A DNA stretch of 64,000 bases from Paramecium tetraurelia (taxonomy: Eukaryota), in the NCBI GenBank assembly GCA_000165425.1, contig CT868649.1, forward strand, positions 620,001 through 684,000. Direction: 5' to 3'. The position numbers were made by a program, and so were the translations under genes. Under the pieces are notes generated by a model. It saw only the letters and a program-made list of their open reading frames with translations, ran no database searches and was not told the DNA's origin. Of this stretch, positions 11,104 to 24,304 are shown piece after piece (position 1 is the stretch's first letter; each line of letters opens with the position of its first letter).

Positions 11104-13583
11104 TCATAAATATTCTTAAATTGATTAGAGATGGGATTAGACTCTCATTCCTTTTAGCAGAGAATCTTCGATTTCAGGATCAGTGTAGTTGGTGCTTCTT
11201 AGATTTTGGAGTGACGTTAAATCTTGATCAGATATTTGTAACTTCTTTTTTATCTAAATACATAATTGAATAAATATTTACTTTGTTATATTCACTCACT
11301 TTATCTAAGAAAAGATCTAAATCAGAAAGATTAGGGAATAACTCTTTTCCATTTTCAGTTTTATTCTTTACTATTTCATTCAAAGAATTAATCATTTTCT
11401 CTTTGACTTTTAAGATCAATTAAGCTTTATTCAAACAAATTTAATCCTTCTTAGATTTAGCTATTAATTCGAAAAATTAAGCATTTTTTACAATCTTCAC
11501 TGTGCTTTTTCTACTCTTCTCCTTCTTAACAGCATAATCTAAAATCTCCATTTTTACATCTTCATAATCATTAAGAATCCTAAGAAATGCTTCTTTGCTA
11601 ATTTTCCAGACTTCTGCTTATGATTCAGCAATTGCAGATTCTCCTCTTGCTCTTGATACTAAAATATCCACTTCTCCAAAATAAGATCCTTCAACATGAA
11701 TTAAAGTTCTGATTTTTCCATTTTAATCCTCACATTTTGTAGCCAATCTACCTTCTATTACAAAGTAAACAAAATCAGCAGGTTCTCCTCTAAAAAAGAT
11801 GGCATCACCCTTATTTAAAAATACTGGGATCATTGATCGAAACAATCTCCTTAAGAACCCTCTAGGTTTATTTTAGAGGAATCTAATTTTTTCTATAATA
11901 TCCTTAAATATGAATTCACAAACTAATCCTTAAACTAAGGGTGGCAATTCTTGTATGATGTCTTCTTCATTATAAAATTCTAACATTTGATTAGAGTGGG
12001 AGAAGATGGAGTTTTAAATTGACATCAATAACCTCTCATGTGTTTCTTTGGGTAGTTGATAAGTGTGAGCTAATTCATTAAAAAAGATTTCTCTTTCCTT
12101 AATCATAGTTAATTTTTAGGAGAGCTTAGCAAAGGTAAATGTCAATGTACCCATGACATAAGCAAAAAAGGCTACTCCCAAAAATTGAAAGATTATTCCC
12201 ACCACATACTCCATATTGTTTACAGGTAGAATATTGCCATATCCAACAGTAACCAAAATAGTCAATACAAAGTAAACACTGGCTATATATTATTCAACAG
12301 CTGATGTGCCATCTGGAATATAAACTACAATCCAATTGCTATTTGGATCAGGACTTATGGTTCCGATGAAATACCAAAAGCATCCAGCCAAATGGATAAC
12401 AACGAATGTCAAAATTATAAATTTTAAGATTAGACTGTATTCTTTATTAAGTTTTAAAAAGAAAAACAACTTCTGTATGGTTTGATGTTTTATAAGATTG
12501 CCTACTCTCAAAACTCCAACTAATTTATATATTCTGGGCAATCTCGCCAGTCTTAGAAGTCCATTAACACTTGAGGCTCCTGGAAGCACAGAAGGATCAA
12601 GTATTAGGTATAAAGGGAAGGTTGAAACAAGATCAATCCAGAACCACCCTTTCATGTAATTGATGGCAATTTTTTTGAATTCGACTATCACAATACCTCT
12701 TTCATCTTCATAGGCTGTGAAAAATGTGAAAACCATATCTAAGAAAAATATACAATCTATCGATAAATCTAATCCCAGTAATTCTTGAGTGTTAGTTTCA
12801 AAAGCCAAACGAACTGGTAAGATTAAAACTCTAATTTGGTTAGTAAATGAATTACACATAGATTAGTAGAAGAATCATAACTCCACTCCAAGTGGATTTA
12901 AACCTTCCATATGGATTTATGATACAATTAGGTAAAATTCTTTCAATAGCATTAGCCTCTTGAGTTAATTTACTCAGTTTTTCATCTAATTCAATGTTTC
13001 TTGGAGCCTATTCCTTGTCCATAGATTTATTTGGGCTGAAGATATCGAATTCAGAGCCACTGTCTAATTTTCACAATGACACAGTTACCCTCTTAATTTT
13101 GAAGTGTTGGCTGTTTTTGACTTTGTTGATTAGGAGACCTACTTTATGCTCTATTTGGAGAAGGAGTTTTGACAAACTCTGCCATTGGTTCAGCCATAGG
13201 TTCTTCCTAACTTTATTGGTTCTCCTAGACTTAATCCATTTAATCGGAAGTGTTTAACTATCTTCTGTCACTCAGTCTAGGTAGGCGAAGTTATTTAATG
13301 TTTTTTTTTCTCGTAGTTGATTCACTCTAATCAGATTCTTCTTCCTCTCTAATACTATTGTTTTTAAATCGATCTTAAAGTAAGGATTCAAATTACTTGA
13401 CTATTCTTCCTCTTTGGCTGCTTCCAATTCTTCTTGATCTGCTATCTCATTGAAATCAACTAGTTGCAGATTTTAAAAATTTAATTTGTTCTTTCTCCTC
13501 ATCGGTGTTTCGTCTTCATCACTCTCGGATACTTGTTTTTTGATATCTTTTTTGTTTCTCTGAAAAAGAGATGCCGGAATCAT
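11104..13583 (-). CDS. Cyclic-nucleotide-binding-domain (EAG/KCNH-like) K+ channel
   Basis: S4 LLRLARLPRIYK, pore TILVTVGYGNILP, C-linker, CNBD YFGEVDIL..RARGESAIA; short introns. Confidence 0.93.
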
Positions 13584-13753
13584 TAAAATATTATATTTAA
13601 AACTTATTATTTAATTTCATTGCGAATTCAATTGTAATGACCATTTAAAGTGTTTCAGAAATCTCAATTCCTGGTGACATCTACAAAGCTACATCTGACA
13701 CTTTACTCAGCAAAATATATTAAAAATATAAATAAACTTTTTAGAAATATTAA

Positions 13754-14477
13754 ATGATCCATTCAGATGAAAGCAGCGGTGATCACTTCTCTCCAAACTC
13801 TTAGTATGAACCTTGACTATTTTAGACATATTAATAATCCCAATTCGGGCCTCAAGGATAATGGAAAGAAATATGCAGTAATCGATCATTAGATCAGAGT
13901 TTAATTACTTAAACGCATTCTCTCTAAGGAAGCAACAATTAAAGAGGCTGCCAAAGAGTTTGGAGTCAATTTCAGTACAGCAAAGGCCATCTTGTAAACC
14001 TATAGAAAAGAAGGAAGAATTGGAAAAAAGAAAACCAGAGACAGGAACAAAAAAAAGAAAGATGATTCAGATTATCACTTCACCTATACGAGAAAAGTGT
14101 AATCCATGTATGATTTGGAAAGAGAAGCTCCCTAACATAGAAGAACATTTTCACCTGACTTGAGGGTTTATTTATTCAAAATAACTATTTTAGCCTGCAG
14201 ATAGAAGTATTAATTAGCATCCATTGATTGTTTAATAACAATTAAACTTTTTAAACTCTCAAAGTCAAGTAGGTTCCACTCCTAATTTGGATGAGCCGAA
14301 TGCTTAAATGGCTTTAGCAATCTGTCAAAGAGAGTTAGCCCAGTAAAAAATGATTAATATGCAATTATTAATGATGCTTCAAGTACACATTTCTATTGTA
14401 TACTCTAGACTTATCAAACTCAAGGTTAGCAACTTTAGATAGATTAAGTCAAAGTTGAGTCAGATAAACAAAATTGA
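13754..14477 (+). CDS. Helix-turn-helix (homeodomain-like) DNA-binding protein
   Basis: IRVQLLKRILSKEATIKEAAKEFGVNFSTAKAILQTYRKEGRIGKKK; introns of 22, 28 and 26 nt. Confidence 0.8.
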
Positions 14478-14606
14478 AACTTAATTTTGTATTTATTCTT
14501 AAATCATTCATTTCTCATATTCAAATATGTTTACCATCTAATCAAATGATTTTTAAATGCATCCTATGTAAATTTTTTAATTTAATTAAACAACTATATA
14601 TTTAAA

Positions 14607-15400
14607 ATGGAATTATCCGAAAACTCCTAATCGATTTCAGGATGGCTCTAAAATTATGATGATCAAATGGTTCATCAAACACGTAAACCCATTAATTGTA
14701 CATCTCATTCTTAAATCTCTAGAATTAACTATTAATTAAAAACAATTGTCAATGAGAAGTATAAGCATGTGTTAACACCAATAGGACTAAGAACAATATA
14801 AATCAAGTAATAAATATAATATTTTTTGATCTATTTCTAAAAATTAGAAATTCAAACTAGTAAATTGTGAATAACAACAATAAAATATCGGAGTTGAAGA
14901 GGATAATGGAATTTTTATCAGTAAATGAATAATCTAAATATGATGCTCATCAACGATACCAACGATAACCCGATTATTAGGAAGATAATTAAGCTGCTAT
15001 CTAACTACATTAAGCATAATTTAAGATTAAATTAAAGTAAAGATTTTAAGTAATAGAGTTCCTCCAAAAAATAAATGTTGTAACCTTTATATGAAATTCA
15101 TCAAATAAATGCTTAAACCGAAAGATAATTAAATTGTCGATCCAATAATCTAAGTCAAAAAGGAACTCACCTAAAAACTGATAATCACTAAGACATTTTA
15201 AAATCTACTTCTATTCAAAGATTATTGAGTAAAAGGGATGTCAAACCAAGAATAACAAAGTAGTTGAATGAGATGTAGAGCAAATAAAAGGAACTTGAAC
15301 TCCTTTAATTGATGATAAAGAAACATAGAGAAAATGTTTAATAATATTTTCCAAAGAAGAATAGATACTTAAGATGATTAAATTATTTTGTTTCTAATGA
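14607..15400 (+). pseudogene. Hypothetical gene or remnant (end approximate)
   Basis: Starts MELSENSQSISGWLQNYDD; frame is later interrupted. Confidence 0.25.
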
Positions 15401-15942
15401 GTAAAGCATTTAGGATTAATAAAATTTTATAAACAAATAATTTCACTTGCATATATTATTTAATTTCTTAATAATAGTCAATAAATTCTACTTTTATTTT
15501 TATATGAAATATGAACTTAATTTAGTAATAGATTTAATAGATATATTGTATATGGATAAAAAACCTTAGTAACTCATTCAAAACTGAGAACACTATTATT
15601 GATTATAAGATCAATACAAAGAACTCTAAACATAAGAGTTGACTGAAATGATATGACATAACCTTAATATTGATTAAAAATGAGGATAATAATTAGTCCA
15701 GAAATGTTTCTTCTTGTGGCACGAACTCTAAGTTTAATATTTCTGGCTACTTGATTTCAATAATAATGCACTCTAGTTGATTAGAATCGAATTTGATTAA
15801 TTGAATCTATAGAATTTGATTACAACAGTTTATAATAATGTTAATACTATTACTACAAATAATCTCAGCTTTGGGGAAAAAAGACGCATTTTAAGCATCA
15901 TGGGAAATTGATAATGTTGCTATTTATGTATATTGATATAAA

Positions 15943-17027
15943 TCATTTTTTCTATTATTACACATAATAGTGATAGTTCATTCTATTGTATAGAATTGTT
16001 TTTCTTAATTCTAAGCCTCTTTTTTGTTCCTCCTTCAAAGAAATCAATGTATTCAAATGGTTCCATCTATCCTTCCAATTTCTCTCCTTTATTTACTTCC
16101 TATCATATCAATATAATACACCTGAACATAAATGCCCATCTAATTGATTCGATTTCTCTTTGTCTCCTGTATCTCACATAGAAGATCATTCCTAACAACA
16201 CTGTTACACATTACAAAGTGTAAGTAAAAGGCTCACAGACATTCCAACCCCATTCATCAACCATGTATATTCCATAATAAAATGCTCCGATTTATAATAA
16301 AGATAAGGCAAATAAGAGTGTTAGCCATCTATAACCAGTCTTTTCAGCCTATCCAATCATCACATCTAATTGTTCTCTTTACTTGCAAATTTCAGCCTCC
16401 AATATATTGATCAAATGTTGCAACTCATATAACTTATCTTTAGTTGGTTATTTCAATATTGATAATCCTTACTCCATCACTTAGACTATATCCTTCTCAG
16501 TGAGATTCTATTAGATATTGCATGAATTCAAGAACCATGACAATGTATTTGCATGACTTGGATCCATTCCCATGTTGACCATCTGAATATATCTCTTTTG
16601 TGGAGAATGTTTCAATTAATTTGATTAATTTAGCATCTTGGCTTCACTTAATTGATAGGCAGGTGTCACTGTGAATTCTTCATCCTAAATCAACAATTTA
16701 ATGGCCTTGTTTTTTTTGTCATTCAAAATATAATTGAAAAGGTTGCTACTCAAACTCAAGTCTGTCCCATCTAAATAGAACTCCACTTTTGTTGATTCTT
16801 CTAGTTACAATTGCTCTTACAAAGTCAAAAATGAATATTGCGAATGAGCAAAAAACATCTTTGATCCCATTATAAATGGAAATGTCAACACTAATAGATC
16901 ATCCTTAAATGTTATTTAAACATCTATATATATGTATATTTGGCATTAAGATACTTCTTTTAGAAACGATGTGCCAATATTGTTATCTATGGTTCAATCC
17001 TCTAAACATTTTAGCAAACCTTATCAT
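15943..17027 (-). CDS. MCU: Mitochondrial calcium uniporter (MCU) family protein
   Basis: Basic transit-like N-terminus, coiled coil, two TMs flanking WGWNVCEPFTY (family motif WDxxEPxTY), C-terminal coiled coil; 2 introns. Confidence 0.85.
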
Positions 17028-17049
17028 TTATATCTTATTTTTATATAAA

Positions 17050-18404
17050 TCATCTATTCATTAACTATTTAACTACTATATCCATCGATGGCCTTTTTGA
17101 CTCATCCTTGCTTCTCAAATCGTTCACCAATTGTAAGATATTCTTTGGAACATTTCTAGCTGGCAGTTGTTCATTCTTCATTGCCTTCTGAACAATCTCT
17201 TGCATCTCCAAACAATCCCAAGGAATCTCTCTTGCAAAGATCTCCCACAACAAGGTTCCATAAGCAAACAGATCCACACTCTTATCGTAAGCCTATAAAG
17301 AATATTTGTTATCTAAACCCTCTTTGCGAATAGTTCTGGAGCCATGTATGTAGGTGTTCCACTAAATTACTGATACCCTTAATTCAACTCAGACTACCAT
17401 ATCTATACAATATTATTACACTTCTCTTGGTCAAACCGAAATCACATAACTTTACTGTCTGTCCCTAAAGTAGCACATTATGTGATTTAATATCTCGATG
17501 CACTACTCCTGCTTAATGCATGTATTGAAGCACTCTTGCTACTTGAATTGCAATAGAATATTTAAATTACTCATTTATTTGATGACTATTAATTTCAAAT
17601 ATAAATACTTTGTTTTATGCAATAAATGATATAAACTTCCACCTTAAACATATTCAGTGGCAATTACTAAATTTGGTGGTTTTGTACAACAAGCCATTAA
17701 TAATACTATATTGGGATGTCTAAGCAATGATAGCATTTCAATCTCGTTGTTGATTTCATCCAATAATTATTATGTAATGTTGGGGTTGAATATTTTTTTA
17801 ATGGCAATCTATAATTCACAATAAGACTTACTTCTGTACCTCTCAAATATCCTCTATGCACAATTGAAAAGCCTCCTTATGAAATGATTTCATGCACTTC
17901 GAATTCATTTGAATCTATCTCTAGCACATGATTAGTATGTTGCAATTCAGATATTTATCTCATGGGTCGATTTTGTGTTTTAGGTCTTTCCATTACAGCT
18001 GGCTACTACTTTTCTTGTTTTGTCTGCTGATTTGAGCCTGGACTTATTTGAAATACCTTTTATAGAATTTAATTCAATTGAGGTTAATGGAAATGACCTT
18101 ACAATGTTTAGAATTTAGGTAATAATGGATTATTGCTTAGATTCAAACTTTATAAGCTCGACATGTTCAATAATTCCTCTGGCACTTCTTCAATGCAATT
18201 GTTGCTTAAATCAATCTCTTCCAAATTTGTTAATCCTGCTATTTTCGATTCAATCGAAGTGATCTTGTTAAAACTTAGATCCAAATGAGTTAATTTCAAT
18301 TAATAGATCTCAGGTGGTATGCTGATCATAGATTTGCCAGAAAGATTCAAGCGAGGCTCCCCTGAACGTTTTATTCTTCGCATAATCAATTAAATATCCT
18401 CCAT
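17050..18404 (-). CDS. LRR plus tyrosine-kinase-like (TKL) protein kinase
   Basis: LRRs (LDLSFNKI, IDLSNNCI, LNLSNNPL); HRDIKSHN, DFG, GTPTYMAPE, DLFAYG. Confidence 0.92.
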
Positions 18405-18420
18405 AATTTTATAATAATAT

Positions 18421-21066
18421 TCAAAATATTTCCTTTATTGAGCTAGTCATGAACTTAAAGTCATTGTTAAAATCAGAATGCATTAGTATTTTTATCATCT
18501 TATTCCAATAATCAGAGTGTCCATTAACTATTTCTGTGAAATCACAGTTTACCACTTATTTATACCCTAAATATATGGGCTTTAATCCTAAAATTATGCT
18601 AAATCATTATAAATACCACAAGGAGAGTCAAAGACCTTTGCTATTTATAATACATATTTCAAGATTTAATCATTTTTTGAATAAGTGTTATAAATTCTTC
18701 CAGCCACTGCGTTCCATCTTCTCTTTTGTAACTTGAAAATATCAGCCACTCCTCCCATTATCATTATTTCATTAATAAATTATTATTTTTTTTTTTCATA
18801 CAGTTTATCTAATTCTTTTATGCATTCCAAAACAATTACACTACCTAATGAATGACAAATTATGTTAATTTATCTATTTCCAAATAGTTTGTATTCAGCA
18901 ATTAAATATGCCAAATATTTTCCAACTCTTTCAGCTTCCTTGCTAGCCTTCTCATATGGATTTTAAGTAAGAAATGACACTGCACTCAATGCTACTCCGA
19001 CGGCATTAAATTTCGAAAATATTTGAGGTACCAAATTTTAAGCCACAGTAGAAAAGAATTCTTTTGTTTCGCTGCAATTCCAATGTAATCCAATTACAGT
19101 ACCAGAACAGGAATGTAATAAATCAACCCATTAAGAAGATTTATCCTCATCTCCACTCAGGAATCCAGAGATACATAGTGTTATCACATTCGAGTTATTT
19201 TCTTTATTTGAAAGTAATTGAAAGTACATTTGTGATGGAGGTGTCATGAAGGCCTCAGATTCTTCTGATTTATTCTTTTTTTTATTGTGATCGTCCATAA
19301 GTTTTGTTTTAATTTCCTCAAAATGTTTTTAAATTATGGAATATTGAATTTCCTTCTATGTTTTTGCATTATTTCCATTTTTTCCTGAAACTATCATTTT
19401 TAAGTATTCATATTTTTTGTAAAATTCAAAATTAATTTAGGTTTAATTTTAAACTTGACCAAATAGCGAAACATTAGTTTATGTACCATACAAATCAATC
19501 GAGAAAGGCAACTACATCACATCATCTAATTATTCAATTTTGTTATTTTCTAATCTATTTTCAATTTCATTTAGTATTTGAAATTAGATTTTATCAGTCA
19601 CTTTTTCACATAATTTCATCAATATATTATTAAAATATTGATATTTTCCATTATTTAATTATCTTAATATGAGGGAGAAGGCATTTCTTTTGGCAGGTTC
19701 ATAGTCACCAAATATTAATTTATTATCCCGAATTGTTATACCTGCTAGAATTATATAGATTTAACAAATAATTTGTATATTTGTATCTTCATCTACTTCA
19801 GTATTCCACCATTACAATGCCTTTTCACATCTTTATTTATTATGGTTTTTGAAATTTGCAAGGACATTAACCGAAAATTGCTGGTTGTAAAATATTTGAC
19901 TCTTTGATTAACTTACATTAAGATTAAAACCTGATAAAGTATCCAAAAGTTTCAATGCTTCATCAGCTTCACCACTGGATTAAATCCAATCAATCGAGTA
20001 TATTATGTATTATAAATTTGAATTGAGATTTTATTCAGTAATACCTTGAATAAACTGATTATTATGAAAATATGTTAGGAAATTGAGCTCCACTAAAGAT
20101 TAATATTCTTTATGCCTTTCTTCCTAATTGAAATTTAAATAAGGAGCAAAACTGTTTTATACTGTTGAGACATAATTTCTTCTTAATTTTTAACAATATT
20201 TATGACTAAATAATGCATAATTTAATACATAATTGCATTTGTCAAAGCATACCCATAGTTTTGCTAAATGTGTTCTTAAAAACTAGCCAATTAAATTTGG
20301 TATTGATTTTCTATTAATTTTTTAGAATCTAAAATTGAAATATTTTGAGATTTAATTTAACTACATATAGTTTGAAGTTAAACATCTACATCATGCAATT
20401 CTTTAAAATACTACCTTATTTTTTGCTTCAACTTAATATAAGAATCTTTTTATGTTGCCTTTGCTCTTTTATTTACTTTTTGATAAACCTTACTTTATAT
20501 CTCTGCAAATGAAACAATATATTCTTCCAAGATCTACTGCTTCTAGAATTACCCTTTGAAATATTCTAACAAGATTAGTGATACTTCATCAATTGCTTGG
20601 TTCAGCCATTTTGTCTTATCTAGAATTCCTGACTATTCATAAAATATTCCAGATTTGTCACCTATGATTGTCTATAGTTCTATTTAACAGCATCCGATAG
20701 CTTCACTAAAAAAATGTTGCCCTATCAATTATGAATTGAATTGCTTATCAAAATTGTACTTTTCTAAAAATTTATCCATTTGTTTGTAATGCTCAGTTCT
20801 AAATTGGTTTAATATTATGAATCCACATACTTTAAAATTCTAGATTTTCTCTTATTATTTTCTAATTAAGGATCACCTTAATATATTGATGAGTAAACTG
20901 TTGGGTCATCTATTTAAAAATCCTTTGCATTTTGCACCTCCATATATTCAGGGTAAAACTTATTAGCCATCGTTTAGAAAATGTTTAGAGCACCTACAAC
21001 TGTGTTAAAATAAGTAGTGAGATTTTTAGGAATGACTTTGGATGCCTCTTCCATATACTATTACAT
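18421..21066 (-). CDS. Large protein with a C-terminal DUF726/TMCO4-like alpha/beta-hydrolase domain
   Basis: LCISGFLS, INIICHSLGS, MGG, RIYNTYSKND.IL, NGHSDY. Confidence 0.75.
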
Positions 21067-21105
21067 ATTTTAAAAAAATAATGGTAATTATTGCTATTAA
21101 ATGAA

Positions 21106-22137
21106 TCAATGTTTTCCACCTTATGCTACTAATTTTTGGAATTCGTCATAAAACACTAACACCAAAGATGAACCAACAGATCTCCAAATGTTTGATAGAT
21201 TTCCTTTAAAGAATCCTGTTGGGCCTTCTTTTGCTATGATTTTTGCAAAACAGTCTATAGTTCCCTAAATATTTAATATGCATATTACTGAGTATTGAAC
21301 TTAAGTTTTTTGTCCAGCTTGCATCATCAATCTTCTTCTAACGGTATCAAGAGGATATGAAATTGTTTCAGATGTTGATACTACAAATTAAGCAAAGAAG
21401 AATCTGGCTAAAATAGAAGAATTTCTTTAAGCAGCATCATCTCCCCAAATGGCTCTTTTACCAGCATCATAACCACTAAAATGATAATAAATTTAGATTT
21501 ACCCAAAGTATAAAGCTCTATAAACAAAAATACCAATGACTGAGATGCCAAATCCTTAATAGATACCAGTGATGCCATCGGTTTTGACAATTTAACCCAT
21601 ACAGTCCACCAATCCTTTGAATTGTCTTTCGTTTGCTGCCTTTCCGATATCTGCTGCCAATCTTGTTCTACTGAAATCGAGTGGATACACAATCAATAAA
21701 CCGATACTTCCTGCAATACCACCACTTAACAATGAACCAGCAAAGAATCTAATTACTTGTATTTAATACCTGGCAGGTCTTTTTTTGGGATCAACACCAG
21801 CTAAGAATTATCTATTAAGAGCATCCTTCACAGAAAAATTAATGGCCTATGTTGGGAAGTATCTGATAACATTGGCCAAATTTCCTCTCCAAAATGAAAG
21901 AACACCCTCCTCTACAAACACTCGCTTGAAACAATCCAAAATTCCTAATCATAGTCTAAATATCTAATTACCATCATATGGTCTAGCAAGTAATTTAGGA
22001 TTAGTGTGCTATGTCTAGAGCAACAATTTCACTCTTTCAATTGGGGCTGCAATTGTTTTTGCCAAAGCTCCAGAAACACCACCTGCTAAAAAGTCATATA
22101 AGAAATTTGATGATCCACTTGATGATGAGTGTGCCAT
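21106..22137 (-). CDS. AAC: Canonical ADP/ATP carrier (SLC25)
   Basis: [51 protein letters not shown]; 4 short introns. Confidence 0.97.
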
Positions 22138-23423
22138 TTTTAATTAATTTATTGTATGCAATAAAAATCAAAAGATTTAAATTACAATAATTATAATATC
22201 ACTATAATTAATATATCACATTAATTATAATATCATCATAATAAACCTAATAGATACCTATTTATTCGATGTGCTGCCATTTAAATTATTTATAAATTAA
22301 TTTTTATTTATAAAAATTCCTATACATTCTCAAGAATATTTCTATTAAAATCAATTTTCAACTCATATCAGAATAATATGAATTATCAATGCAAAATCCA
22401 ATTTTATTTGGATTTGAATTATATATCAATTAATAATGAATTTTTACACATTATAACAATATTTTTATAATCTTTAGCTCTAGTAATATTAAGGGAAATA
22501 TATATAAGTATCTAGTAGATTCATCATCTTATTTTAAAGGAGTGAATAATCATGACCTTTTCTAGTTTATCAAATCGACATTCTTTGAAATTATGTTCAT
22601 CTATTCAGCCCAGTCTAATTCAACATTTCCTATTGTATTTATTAAAATTTATCTCGACTTTCTGCTAATCTCATTATTTTTATTTTTATTTAAAATAAGG
22701 GTATTAATTTATGCTAATTGAGGATATTTCATAATGGTTATCTTAAACTTTTAACATTTATACAAAATAAGGGTTTTTTCTACAAACATTGAGGTCATAA
22801 AATTAAAAGTAATTCATATATTTTGTGCTGGCTTAAATTTTATACTAATTATGATTAAAGAGTTGAATAGTTTTAATGAATGTGGATGGGGTTTGCATAA
22901 TTCAAGAACTAGTAAATTTGATGACCTTCCTATTTTATTTTGAAAATTCAATCCCAATTAATTTAGTTATGAATTTAATGATTCAACATATATATTTCCT
23001 TATTCTCTTATTGTAAATATTAATCATAATTAGATTAATGAGAATTTTTATATATTATTTTCTTAATTCATCATTTAGATATTAATCGCTTTTCTTAGGT
23101 ACATTCTTTATTCCCATTTCTATAAGTTGATCTAGTTTAACGTTGTCTATAGAAAGAATTTAAAAATAGTGAAAGTAAATTATTAAATTTAATGAATAAT
23201 TTATTTTATAAAATTAGAGTTTGATATATATATTTATGTAATTCTAAAACTCCAAAGATTATTTGAAGTATTAATGATTATATAAATCTACTCATAGTTA
23301 ACAAAGACAACTAAAATTCCATAAAATTAATATCAACAACTAATATTAAATTCCACAAAAATACAAAAGAAGGACTTATAATAAAATAAATGTAGAGATA
23401 AACATGAAAATTGATGGAAAAAT

Positions 23424-23849
23424 TCATATTGATGAAATAATCTGTTTACATTTTTATTTTTTCATATAAGAGTCTATGCATTAATCGAGTATGCCTTTCT
23501 TAGGTGGAGAGTATTATTAAGTTCTAGCTATTTTATTCATCATATTTTAATTCCATTGTTTTATTTTCAAAATATATTCATCACTATTTAAAGAACAAGA
23601 GGATCCACTTTGCTTCTACGCAAACAATTTTAAAGGCGACTATATTTTGCCAGAAGTATGTTTTTTTTCTGCACTTAAAGTAGACTATTTTTAGTTTTTA
23701 TAAAGAATTTTAGGTTGATTTTAGGCCCTTATGTTAGATTAGATAGACTTGCTTTTAGGAGCCTTATTTGCTATAGCTTCGAAAAATTCAGTTTCATCGA
23801 ATTAAGTGCCGCCCTTAATTCCTTTATAAGTGCTTGGATCATATAACAT
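23424..23849 (-). CDS. Hypothetical basic protein, 141 aa
   Basis: Uninterrupted 426-nt code-6 ORF starting MLYDPSTYKGIKGG. Confidence 0.5.
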
Positions 23850-24304
23850 TCAGTTATATAATAATAAAAATTTTAATTTTTATGAATTATTGAAATTCAA
23901 CATAAATTATTTGCAATTAATAAAATTTCTTTGCTAAGAATAAAGAAAAATCAGTAAAAAATGAGTTTGATTATATTCACTAATCCTTTAATTCTTCATC
24001 ATTTTTAATAAATTAATTTAGAATTTTATATGAAAATAATAATAAATATTAACCTATAAAGTAAAAAGAGTAATTTTTAAAGAACTACTTATGTATCATA
24101 TTAAGAAAGTGAAAAGAAAAATTCTAATCCTTTTCTATTTAATAAATTTATCACATGAATTAAAAATCAATTAAATTCAACTAATAAAGGAGTGAATAAA
24201 TAATATGATGATGGCACTTATCATACCTAGGATAATAGATAGAGAAAATAAATATTTTCATAGCAAAATGATAAATATTAGACGAAATGAAATACTTAAT
24301 TTAT

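Noticed and set aside
13633..13702. Possible C/D snoRNA in the divergent spacer (ATGAC...CTGA with a short terminal stem)
   Set aside because: Box C deviates from RTGATGA and no guide complementarity was recognised
22370..23030. Aspartyl-protease remnant (..IYNSNPNKIGF..)
   Set aside because: Too degraded; no DTG/DSG motif seen, so not annotated
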